Of a stretch of DNA of 32,000 bases, positions 24,763 to 32,000 are shown one piece after another. Both the position numbers and the translations under genes were made by a program. The stretch's first letter is position 1, and every line of letters starts with the position of its first letter. The DNA is taken from contig LN890280.1 of the NCBI GenBank assembly GCA_900065925.1, positions 146,451 through 178,450 of the forward strand, read 5' to 3'. Origin of the DNA: Nitrosotalea devaniterrae. GTDB taxonomy: Archaea; Thermoproteota; Nitrososphaeria; Nitrososphaerales; Nitrosopumilaceae. The notes below the pieces were generated by a model that saw nothing but the letters and a program-made list of their open reading frames with translations, was not told the DNA's origin and searched no databases.

Positions 24763-25108
24763 CATATTTGTTGATGGTTCTGGAGGTACTAACTCTGGTT
24801 TTGGTTATTTTATAAAAGAAACAGGAGAATCCTTCTATGAAAAAAAACCAGATATAACAAACAACCAAGCAGAATACATGGCTATAATTTCTGTTCTAAA
24901 AAAATTTTCAGGCATTGCAGATGAAGTCATGATATACAGTGATTCAAAAAATACCGTTTCTCAACTAAACCATGAATATGCCATAAACAATGATCAACTA
25001 CGAAATCTTGCAAGAGAAGCATGGGAATTGATGACCAAGATGTCAAACCTAAAGATAATGTGGATTCCTAGAAACCAAAATCTAGCTGGAAAAATGCTTG
25101 GCAGTTAA
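24752..25108 (+). CDS. RNase HI family protein
   Basis: 118 aa; 'SIFVDGSGGTNSGFGYFI', 'TNNQAEYMAIISVL', 'VMIYSDSKNTVSQLN', 'IMWIPRNQNLAGKML'; overlaps the upstream ORF by 11 nt. Confidence 0.82.
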   Translation: MVLSIFVDGSGGTNSGFGYFIKETGESFYEKKPDITNNQAEYMAIISVLKKFSGIADEVMIYSDSKNTVSQLNHEYAINNDQLRNLAREAWELMTKMSNLKIMWIPRNQNLAGKMLGS

Positions 25109-25184
25109 AGGTGCGATGTTTGGGATCCAATGCTTTCTTTGGATAAACTTATTATACAAATACATTTGAGTCGATCTCATTAAA

Positions 25185-27290
25185 ATGAGTGAATCAATTT
25201 TTCTATCTCCAAAATCCATTGCCATAATAGGAGCTTCTGATAAGGAGGGAAGTGTAGGACGCGCTATTACATCTAACATACTAAAAGGATACACTGGAAA
25301 AATTCTTCCAATCAGTCCAACAAGAGAAACAGTATTTGATAAAAAAGCATACAAAAGTGTTCTAGATGTTCCAGAAGAAATAGATCTTGCAGTTATCATC
25401 ACAAAAAATGATGTTGTTCCTGCAGTGCTTGAAGAATGTGGCAAAAAGAAGATCAAGGGAGCAATTGTCATCACTGCTGGATTCAAAGAGGTCAACGAAG
25501 AGGGAGCAAAACTTGAACGAAAACTTGCAGAAATTGCAAAGCAATACAATATCAAAATTATCGGACCAAACTGTCTTGGTGTCATGAACTTGGCACCACA
25601 AACGATGATGAATTCTACCTTCCTCAAGGTGACCCCAAAATCTGGAGGAATTGCTCTTGTATCTCAAAGTGGTGCTATCTGTGCCGCACTAGTTGAAGAC
25701 GCAAGTGCTCAAGGAATAGGATTTTCTTCTGTAATTAGCATGGGCAACAAAGTAGATCTCAACGAAGTAGATATTTTAAAAATGCTCGCAGAGCATGAGC
25801 AGACCAAAGTCATTGTAATGTATCTTGAAGACATGACAAATGGTCGAGAATTTTTGAAAATTTGTAAACAAATTACTAGATTAAACAAACTAAAGAAACC
25901 CGTTTTGGTCCTAAAATCTGGTAGAAGTCCAGAGGGCGCAAAAGCAGCCATGTCTCATACTGGTGCACTCATGGGCTCTGATGAAATCTATGATGCATTG
26001 TTAACACAATCTGGTGCAATCAGGGTTGATACTATGGAAGAATTATTTGATTATGCAGTAGCTTTCTCAAAACAACCATTACCGCTAAAGGGAGATCTGG
26101 TTATAGTATCAAATGCAGGAGGGCCTGCAATAATTTCTACAGATGCTTGTTCAAGAATAGGAATCAAGATGGCAAGCATAGAAAATATACGACCACAGAT
26201 AAATGCAGTAATTCCTCCATGGGGAACTTCTAGAAATCCAGTAGATATTGTGGGAGATGCTGATTTTAACAGATTTGATCATGTGTTAAATCTTGTACTT
26301 GCTCACCCAAATGTTGGTTCAGTCATAACAATGTGTACACCTTCTGCAACACTTGATTACAACAAGCTTGCTGAAGTAATTGTTACTGCTTCAAAAAAAT
26401 ACAACAAGACAATGCTTGCAAGTCTAATGGGTCTTGATGAAGGAATAAAGAATCGAGAAATTCTTGCAGAAGGTGGTGTTCCGTATTACACCTATGCAGA
26501 AAAAGCAATTCGTGCACTCAAGGCGATGTTAAGATTTTCACAATGGTCTCAAACATCTGAAGGAAAGATACAACAGTTCAAAGTAAACAAGAAAAAGGTA
26601 GAACAAATTTTTGCCAAGGTAAAATCTGAGGGAAGAAAGAATTTGTTAGAAGAGGAGGGACAAGAAGTTTTGAAAGCATATGGTTTTCCTGTACCTAAAA
26701 GCATTCTTGCTACAAAGGAAAAAGAAGCAACAGTTGCAGCAAAAAAAATTGGATATCCTGTTGTAATGAAGATATCTTCTCCACAAATAATTCACAAGTC
26801 TGATGCAGGTGGAGTCAAAGTGGGATTAAAGACTCCTCAGGAAGTCAAAAAGACCTTTAAGGAAATAATAAAAAATGCAAAAAAATATGACAAAAAAGCT
26901 ATCATCAAAGGAGTACTGGTTCAAGAGATGGTAAAAGGCGGTAAAGAGACAATTGTAGGTTCAAAACAAGAACTGGGATTTGGTCCTGTAGTTATGTTTG
27001 GAATGGGAGGAATCTATGTTGAAGTGCTCAAAGATGTCACATTCCGAGTTGCACCTGTCACAGATTCTGAAGCAGATGAAATGATATCATCTATTAAAAC
27101 AAACAAGTTGTTACAGGGCGTAAGGGGTGAGAAACCATCTGATGTAACAAAACTTTCAGATTGTATCCAAAGAATTTCTCAACTTGTTACTGATTTCCAA
27201 GAAATAAAAGAACTTGACATGAACCCAGTACTTGTATTTGAAAAGGGTAAGGGCTGTAAAGTAGTAGATGTAAGAATTGGACTTGCTTAG
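25185..27290 (+). CDS. ADP-forming acyl-CoA synthetase, probably 4-hydroxybutyrate-CoA ligase (ADP-forming)
   Basis: 701 aa; CoA-binding domain 'SIAIIGASDKEGSVGRAITSNIL', 'GPNCLGVMN', 'VSQSGAICAALVEDASAQGIGFSSVISMGNKVD', catalytic His region 'AAMSHTGALMGSDE', ATP-grasp domain 'VMKISSPQIIHKSDAGGVKVG'. Substrate inferred from adjacency to 4-hydroxybutyryl-CoA dehydratase. Confidence 0.88.
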   Translation: MSESIFLSPKSIAIIGASDKEGSVGRAITSNILKGYTGKILPISPTRETVFDKKAYKSVLDVPEEIDLAVIITKNDVVPAVLEECGKKKIKGAIVITAGFKEVNEEGAKLERKLAEIAKQYNIKIIGPNCLGVMNLAPQTMMNSTFLKVTPKSGGIALVSQSGAICAALVEDASAQGIGFSSVISMGNKVDLNEVDILKMLAEHEQTKVIVMYLEDMTNGREFLKICKQITRLNKLKKPVLVLKSGRSPEGAKAAMSHTGALMGSDEIYDALLTQSGAIRVDTMEELFDYAVAFSKQPLPLKGDLVIVSNAGGPAIISTDACSRIGIKMASIENIRPQINAVIPPWGTSRNPVDIVGDADFNRFDHVLNLVLAHPNVGSVITMCTPSATLDYNKLAEVIVTASKKYNKTMLASLMGLDEGIKNREILAEGGVPYYTYAEKAIRALKAMLRFSQWSQTSEGKIQQFKVNKKKVEQIFAKVKSEGRKNLLEEEGQEVLKAYGFPVPKSILATKEKEATVAAKKIGYPVVMKISSPQIIHKSDAGGVKVGLKTPQEVKKTFKEIIKNAKKYDKKAIIKGVLVQEMVKGGKETIVGSKQELGFGPVVMFGMGGIYVEVLKDVTFRVAPVTDSEADEMISSIKTNKLLQGVRGEKPSDVTKLSDCIQRISQLVTDFQEIKELDMNPVLVFEKGKGCKVVDVRIGLA

Positions 27291-27346
27291 AGCGCACAAC
27301 AATTTTGTTATAATATTTATATTACTTGCAAAGGGTATTAGCAGAT

Positions 27347-28849
27347 ATGCCAATTAAGACAGCTTCTGAGTATATTCAAAGTCTCAGAGGTCGTGACATG
27401 AAGGTCTATCTTTTTGGTGAACTTGTAAAAGAACCAGTTGACCATCCTATGATAAGACCTTCAATAAATGCCGTGGCAGAGACGTATGATCTGGCAGAAA
27501 AAGAATCTGAGATGGCAACTGCAAAATCATCCATAACAGGTTTGCAAGTCAATAGATTTTTGCACATTGCAGAAAGTGCAGATGATCTTGTAAACCAAAA
27601 TAAAATGCAGAGAAAACTTGGACAACTTACAGGAACATGTTTCCAGAGATGTGTGGGAATGGACGCACTAAATTCTTTGTATTCTGTTACTTTTGAAATT
27701 GATGAAAAACACAAGACCAATTATCATAAACGACTAGTTGATTTTATTAAAATGATTCAGCAAGAGAATTTTGTCATTGGTGGTGCTATGACTGATCCAA
27801 AAGGAGATCGAAGCAAAGCGCCACATCAACAAGAAGATCCAGATGTATTCTTACACGTAGTGGAAAAAAATGACAAGGGCATATTTGTTACAGGTGCCAA
27901 GGCTCACCAAACTGGTTGTATCAATTCACACTGGATTATAGTCATGCCCACCATGAGATTATTGGAGGGTGACAAGGATTATGCAGTGGTTGGTGCAATG
28001 CCTGCAGATGCTCCAGGAATTACATACATCTACGGACGCCAGTCTTGTGATACAAGAAGTATGGAGGATGGAGACATTGATGCAGGAAATGCAAAGTTTG
28101 CAGGCCAAGAAGCACTCATGGTCTTCGATCGAGTCTTCATTCCATGGGACAAGGTGTTCATGTTTGGTGAATATGAGTTTGCTGCAATGCTTGTAGAGAG
28201 ATTCACATGTTACCATAGAAGAAGCTATGTGTGCAAGACCGGCTTGGGTGATGTACTAATTGGTGCTGCAGCTGCAATTGCTGATTACAATGGAGTTCCT
28301 GATGTTTCTCACATTAAAGATAAACTAGTAGAGATGACGCATCTCAATGAAACCATATATGCATCTGGTATAGCATCATCTTCGCAAGCACATCGTACAA
28401 AATCTGGCGTTTGGCTAAATGATGACATGCTGGCAAATGTTACAAAACATAATGTAACTAGATTCCCATATGAAATTGGCAGGCTTGCACAGGATATTGC
28501 AGGTGGTCTTGTTGTCACACTTCCGTCTGAAAAAGATTTGAAAAATCCCACTACCGGCCCAATACTGAAAAAATATCTCAAAGGACGAAAAGGTGTTGAT
28601 GTTGAAAGCAGAATCCGCATCTTACGATTAATTGAAAATATGACTTTGGGCAGAAATGCAGTAGGATATCTTACTGAATCAATGCATGGTGCAGGTTCTC
28701 CACAGGCACAAAGAATACAGATTGCACGTCAGATGCAGCTTGGATACAAGAAAAAACTTGCTAAAAATCTTGCAAGTATCAAAGAAAATTCTGAACCCGA
28801 GTCTGAACAATCAGATTATTTCCAACGTGTATTCAAGATAAGAAAGTAA
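27347..28849 (+). CDS. 4-hydroxybutyryl-CoA dehydratase
   Basis: Starts at ATG 27347 (MPIKTASEYIQSLRGRDMKVYLFGE); 'GTCFQRCVGMDALN', 'GAMTDPKGDRSKAPHQQEDPDVFLHVVEK', 'TGAKAHQTG', 'ERFTCYHRRSYVCKTG', typical HpaB-like acyl-CoA dehydratase fold. Confidence 0.92.
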   Translation: MPIKTASEYIQSLRGRDMKVYLFGELVKEPVDHPMIRPSINAVAETYDLAEKESEMATAKSSITGLQVNRFLHIAESADDLVNQNKMQRKLGQLTGTCFQRCVGMDALNSLYSVTFEIDEKHKTNYHKRLVDFIKMIQQENFVIGGAMTDPKGDRSKAPHQQEDPDVFLHVVEKNDKGIFVTGAKAHQTGCINSHWIIVMPTMRLLEGDKDYAVVGAMPADAPGITYIYGRQSCDTRSMEDGDIDAGNAKFAGQEALMVFDRVFIPWDKVFMFGEYEFAAMLVERFTCYHRRSYVCKTGLGDVLIGAAAAIADYNGVPDVSHIKDKLVEMTHLNETIYASGIASSSQAHRTKSGVWLNDDMLANVTKHNVTRFPYEIGRLAQDIAGGLVVTLPSEKDLKNPTTGPILKKYLKGRKGVDVESRIRILRLIENMTLGRNAVGYLTESMHGAGSPQAQRIQIARQMQLGYKKKLAKNLASIKENSEPESEQSDYFQRVFKIRK

Positions 28850-28865
28850 AAGTTTACTAGATATT

Positions 28866-29549
28866 TTATTGTAAAGCAGGATCTTTATCTGTACTATTCT
28901 TGAATTCATCATTTGTTTTAGTCTCAGACAGGTCTGAATTTTCTGTCAGATATGACTTGTCATTGGATAAACTTTCGTCCATGTCAGATTTGTTTACGGT
29001 CTCGTCCAAACTCTTTGTTTTACCTTCATCTGATAATTTTTCTATACTTGACTTTGGTTTGCCAAATTGTTTCACCAACATTATCCCGACAATGACAGCT
29101 ATTATGATGTAGTTGATTGGTGGGGTAAGTATTCTTGTAACGTAGCCTATTTGAGGAATGACATAGACCACCTTTCCAATATAATCTCCTTTTGTTATTG
29201 GAAAGTCAGTCCCAGGTATGGATCCAGGATTTGCATCTCCTTTTGTTCTAATTACAAGAGGATCTTTGTTTAGTATCTCAGCAACTCTATGAACTATGAC
29301 CTTGTCATGTCCATCTGGCCTGTTGAATACTATGATATCTCCAACTTTTAATTGATCAAAATTAACATGTCCCTGAACTACAATTACATCAAAAATTTCC
29401 AAGTTTGGTATCATACTTCCACTTGATACTACATAAAATGGATTTTCTGTACCAAAAGCTACTCTAAGTCCAATCCAAATTATTGCAATACCGACTACCA
29501 CAATTATAATGTCCTTTACGATACCTGATTTGAGAGAAAGTTTACTCAA
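28866..29549 (-). CDS. Archaeal signal peptidase I (Sec11/S26B type) with long acidic hydrophilic C-terminal tail
   Basis: 227 aa; 'FYVVSSGSMIPNLEIFDVIVVQGHVNFDQLKVGDIIVFNRPDGHDKVIVHRVAEIL' (catalytic Ser/His region), two TMs, then an Asp/Lys/Ser/Thr-rich tail. Confidence 0.9.
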   Translation of the reverse strand: MSKLSLKSGIVKDIIIVVVGIAIIWIGLRVAFGTENPFYVVSSGSMIPNLEIFDVIVVQGHVNFDQLKVGDIIVFNRPDGHDKVIVHRVAEILNKDPLVIRTKGDANPGSIPGTDFPITKGDYIGKVVYVIPQIGYVTRILTPPINYIIIAVIVGIMLVKQFGKPKSSIEKLSDEGKTKSLDETVNKSDMDESLSNDKSYLTENSDLSETKTNDEFKNSTDKDPALQ

Positions 29550-29601
29550 TTATTCATAATTCTCTGAAATCGTAAGATAAATCTTGCTTAACAATGTAGA
29601 G

Positions 29602-30270
29602 TTACTTTAGTTTGTTACCGCAACTTTCACAGAATTTAGAACCTTGGCTGTTGGTATAGCCGCATTTACACTTTAAATTACTTTCAAGTGAACCTCCAAG
29701 CAATACAATCTCACCAATTTTTTTGATGTCATCCCACTTTATTGTGACATCTGTTCCATCATTTCTTGTTACAACTAGCACTATGCTTGACTGGTCTGGT
29801 TGAATACCCATCTCCTTGACCACTCCAACCTTTTTTGCTTCAGCATCATAAACTCCAAGACCTGTGATGGAACTAAATGTCTTGACACTGGCAGAAGCTT
29901 TTGGTTGTTCTTGTAATTGAAAACTTTGAGCTGGTTGTTGTGGTGGTACTGTATTATTTGTACTAGAAACAGGTATTGCAGCTCCCACCGATGCCGCTTC
30001 ATCAGGCTTGCTGAAATTTCTATATTCTGCAAGAATTGATCCACACGTGGTACACACGTACTGCCCTTTCTCTAATAAGATTAGATTTTCTGCAACTATC
30101 TCATTTGGATTTTCATATTCTATTTTTGGGCTTCCTTCGTATTCTTTCTCACATGTATTACAATAATATTTAGAAATTTTTTCTGAATCAAGACGTCCGA
30201 CTGGGGCAAGAAACAAGTCTGGTCCACCCAAATTGCCTTTTCTTTGCTGATCATCATTTACTGTTGCCAT
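29602..30270 (-). CDS. Protein with zinc-ribbon motifs flanking a PRC-barrel-like segment
   Basis: ORF 29602-30321; the more likely start is the ATG at 30270 (MATVNDDQQRKG...). 'CNTCEKEY...YVCTTCGSIL', 'GLGVYDAEAKKVGVVKEMGI', 'CKCGYTNSQGSKFCESCGNKL'. Confidence 0.72.
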   Translation of the reverse strand: MATVNDDQQRKGNLGGPDLFLAPVGRLDSEKISKYYCNTCEKEYEGSPKIEYENPNEIVAENLILLEKGQYVCTTCGSILAEYRNFSKPDEAASVGAAIPVSSTNNTVPPQQPAQSFQLQEQPKASASVKTFSSITGLGVYDAEAKKVGVVKEMGIQPDQSSIVLVVTRNDGTDVTIKWDDIKKIGEIVLLGGSLESNLKCKCGYTNSQGSKFCESCGNKLK

Positions 30271-30545
30271 GATAAAACCTCCAGATCCTCTTAATTTTTT
30301 TAATCGAAGTTCATTACTCATGCTTTAATCTACATAAATCTCAGATAATTATGTATATCATTTTGATGGGTCAAATCTATGACACATATCGGAGCAAGAG
30401 ATTATACAATTTCTAAAAATAATCATATTTTTTTCAATATTTTGGAAAGAGTTATTAGAGCCAGAAGGCTATGTTAAACAAAAATTGACGGAAATAGGTG
30501 ATCGAACTTTTCTCTGTCGTTTCAATAAAAAGATGATGAATAAAT

Positions 30546-31862
30546 TTGACAAAATTTGAAGAATTAGGACTAAAGGATACCATACTCACTGCACTTAATG
30601 AAATGGGTTTTCGCGAACCATTTCCAATTCAAGCAGGAGCAATTCCGGTACTTCTTTCAGGTCAAGATGTTATTGGTCAAGCACATACTGGAACTGGAAA
30701 GACTGCTGCATTTTCATTACCTATCATTCAAAATGTTATACCAAAAGGTGGAGTGCAGGCACTTATCATAGCTCCAACACGAGAACTTGCGGTACAGATA
30801 TCTGATGAAATTGTAAAATTCTCAAGACACTCTGGAGTACGAAGTGTAACAATCTACGGTGGTCAAAGTATGAATGTGCAATTACAAGAACTTCACAGGG
30901 GAGTAGAAATTGTAGTTGCCACACCTGGACGTCTAATTGATCATATCAAACGTGGTTCAATAAAACTACAGAAAGTAAAGTGGGTTATACTTGATGAAGC
31001 CGATACAATGCTTGACATGGGATTCATTGAGGACATCAAATTCATCTTGGATCTGGTTCCAGAAGATCATGTTAATGCATTATTTTCTGCTACCATGCCT
31101 GCTGCAATATTGATGCTGGCAGAAAAATACATGAAAAATCCACAAAAAATATTCATCGATTCAGATGATCTAAGTGGAGAAGGAATCGAACAAGCATTTC
31201 TTGTAATAAAAGACAGAGAAAAAACAGATTATCTATTCAAGTTTATAAAAGAAAACGGTGCTGGCCAGGCAATAGTATTTTGTTCTACAAAAGATAGAAC
31301 AAGACGAGTTGCCCATGAGCTTGAACAAGGAAGATTCAACGTGGTTTCAATTCAAGGAGACATGTCTCAGTTTAGAAGAGACAAAGCAATGTACATGTTT
31401 AAGAAAGGTAAAGCAGATATTTTGGTTGCTACTGATGTGGCAGCAAGAGGCATTGATGTACCTAAAGTTGCATTGGTGATAAACTATGATGTTCCAAACC
31501 AAGACATGGTATACTTCCATAGGATTGGAAGAACTGCACGTGCTGGAGAAAAAGGCAGAGCAATTACACTGGTGTCTTATTCCTCAATTGGCGATTTCAA
31601 GGCAATATCTAACCAAACCAAGGTCCAAATGAAAGATCTAAACAAGGAACTAGGAATTGCAGTCAATATTCCAGATCCACTAAAAAGAGAAGTAAGCCAC
31701 AGACGAAACTTTAGGTCAGGCGGTGGCGGTTATGGACGATCTGGAGGCGGCGGCTACGGTAGGTCAGGCGGTGGCGGTTATGGAAGACGTGACGATAGAA
31801 GAGATGATCGCCGAAGATCAGGAGGCGATAAAAACTATTACGGCCTACGAAGTCGTTGGTAG
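30546..31862 (+). CDS. DEAD-box RNA helicase with Gly/Arg/Tyr-rich C-terminal tail
   Basis: 438 aa from a TTG start; Q motif 'FPIQAGAIP', 'AHTGTGKTAAF', 'PTRELA', 'DEADTML', 'SATMP', 'ARGIDVP', 'HRIGRTARAG'; tail (SGGGGYGR)x3. Confidence 0.95.
   Translation: MTKFEELGLKDTILTALNEMGFREPFPIQAGAIPVLLSGQDVIGQAHTGTGKTAAFSLPIIQNVIPKGGVQALIIAPTRELAVQISDEIVKFSRHSGVRSVTIYGGQSMNVQLQELHRGVEIVVATPGRLIDHIKRGSIKLQKVKWVILDEADTMLDMGFIEDIKFILDLVPEDHVNALFSATMPAAILMLAEKYMKNPQKIFIDSDDLSGEGIEQAFLVIKDREKTDYLFKFIKENGAGQAIVFCSTKDRTRRVAHELEQGRFNVVSIQGDMSQFRRDKAMYMFKKGKADILVATDVAARGIDVPKVALVINYDVPNQDMVYFHRIGRTARAGEKGRAITLVSYSSIGDFKAISNQTKVQMKDLNKELGIAVNIPDPLKREVSHRRNFRSGGGGYGRSGGGGYGRSGGGGYGRRDDRRDDRRRSGGDKNYYGLRSRW
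31716..31787 (+). repeat. Three 24-nt in-frame tandem repeats encoding SGGGGYGR in the helicase tail
   Basis: TCAGGCGGTGGCGGTTATGGACGA / TCTGGAGGCGGCGGCTACGGTAGG / TCAGGCGGTGGCGGTTATGGAAGA. Confidence 0.95.
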
Positions 31863-31904
31863 AAAACCGTTCAATATATTTAGGGATTCAGAATTTTATA
31901 ATAT

Positions 31905-32000
31905 ATGGATAAAGCAAAACCTGTAAATTCACAGAACTGGGAAAAAGAAGTCATGTCTTCTCAAATTCCTGTGTTTGTAGATTTTTGGGCTGAATGGTGT
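31905..32000 (+). CDS. Thioredoxin family protein, N-terminal part only (runs off the right edge)
   Basis: ATG at 31905: MDKAKPVNSQNWEKEVMSSQIPVFVDFWAEWC..., the N-terminus of a thioredoxin up to the first active-site Cys. Confidence 0.88.
   Translation, partial: MDKAKPVNSQNWEKEVMSSQIPVFVDFWAEWC

Noticed and set aside
25362-28620. Antisense and alternate-frame ORFs within the two 4-hydroxybutyrate-branch genes
   Set aside because: Contained inside long well-supported enzymes; composition typical of shadow frames.
31716-31787. 24-nt repeats considered as a possible CRISPR-like or minisatellite array
   Set aside because: In-frame codon repeats with no spacers, inside the helicase coding sequence; explained by a protein low-complexity tail.
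31723-31926. 67-aa plus-strand ORF overlapping the helicase 3' end
   Set aside because: Alternate frame across the Gly-repeat DNA; overlaps the real helicase tail and the thioredoxin start.
1-32000. Search for CRISPR arrays, transposases, integrases, phage or anti-phage systems
   Set aside because: No direct-repeat/spacer pattern, transposase or integrase motifs or recognisable multi-gene defence module found; the RelE-type TA pair is the only mobile/defence-associated element.

Overview
This 32 kb AT-rich window looks like a chromosome segment from a marine ammonia-oxidising thaumarchaeon (Nitrosopumilus-like). I infer this from the giant S-layer protein, the thaumarchaeal 4-hydroxybutyrate-branch carbon-fixation gene pair, the cupredoxin/heme-copper oxidase operon and TATA-box, short-leader gene architecture. 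From left to right it contains: (1) a surface-glycan block, with a NeuB-like synthase running off the left edge, a methyltransferase, a Wzm/Wzt-type ABC exporter, and GT4 and GT2 glycosyltransferases; (2) an 1800-aa S-layer protein with repeated modules; (3) a terminal oxidase operon with an apparently split subunit II, subunit I, a double cupredoxin and a half-size CtaA/Cox15; (4) an intron-containing tRNA-Lys(CTT) beside a RelE-type toxin-antitoxin pair whose promoter carries a 10-bp-periodic operator array; (5) ilvE followed by two tiny Cys/His-rich proteins, one of them C2H2; (6) an intergenic region predicted to be structured, followed by a 24-aa basic mini-ORF; (7) aspartate kinase, a GT28-like protein, tRNA-Val(TAC) and a radical SAM protein; (8) an HTH regulator with small membrane proteins and an RNase HI-like protein; (9) ADP-forming 4-hydroxybutyrate-CoA ligase and 4-hydroxybutyryl-CoA dehydratase; (10) a signal peptidase, a zinc-ribbon/PRC-barrel-like protein, a DEAD-box helicase with a Gly/Arg tail, and the start of a thioredoxin. 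I see no CRISPR array, transposase, prophage or obvious large novel defence system. The most interesting items are the split CoxB, the unusual K-channel residue in subunit I, the TA operator array, the structured intergenic region with its mini-ORF, the Cys-rich mini-proteins, and the RNase HI with an apparently missing catalytic Asp.
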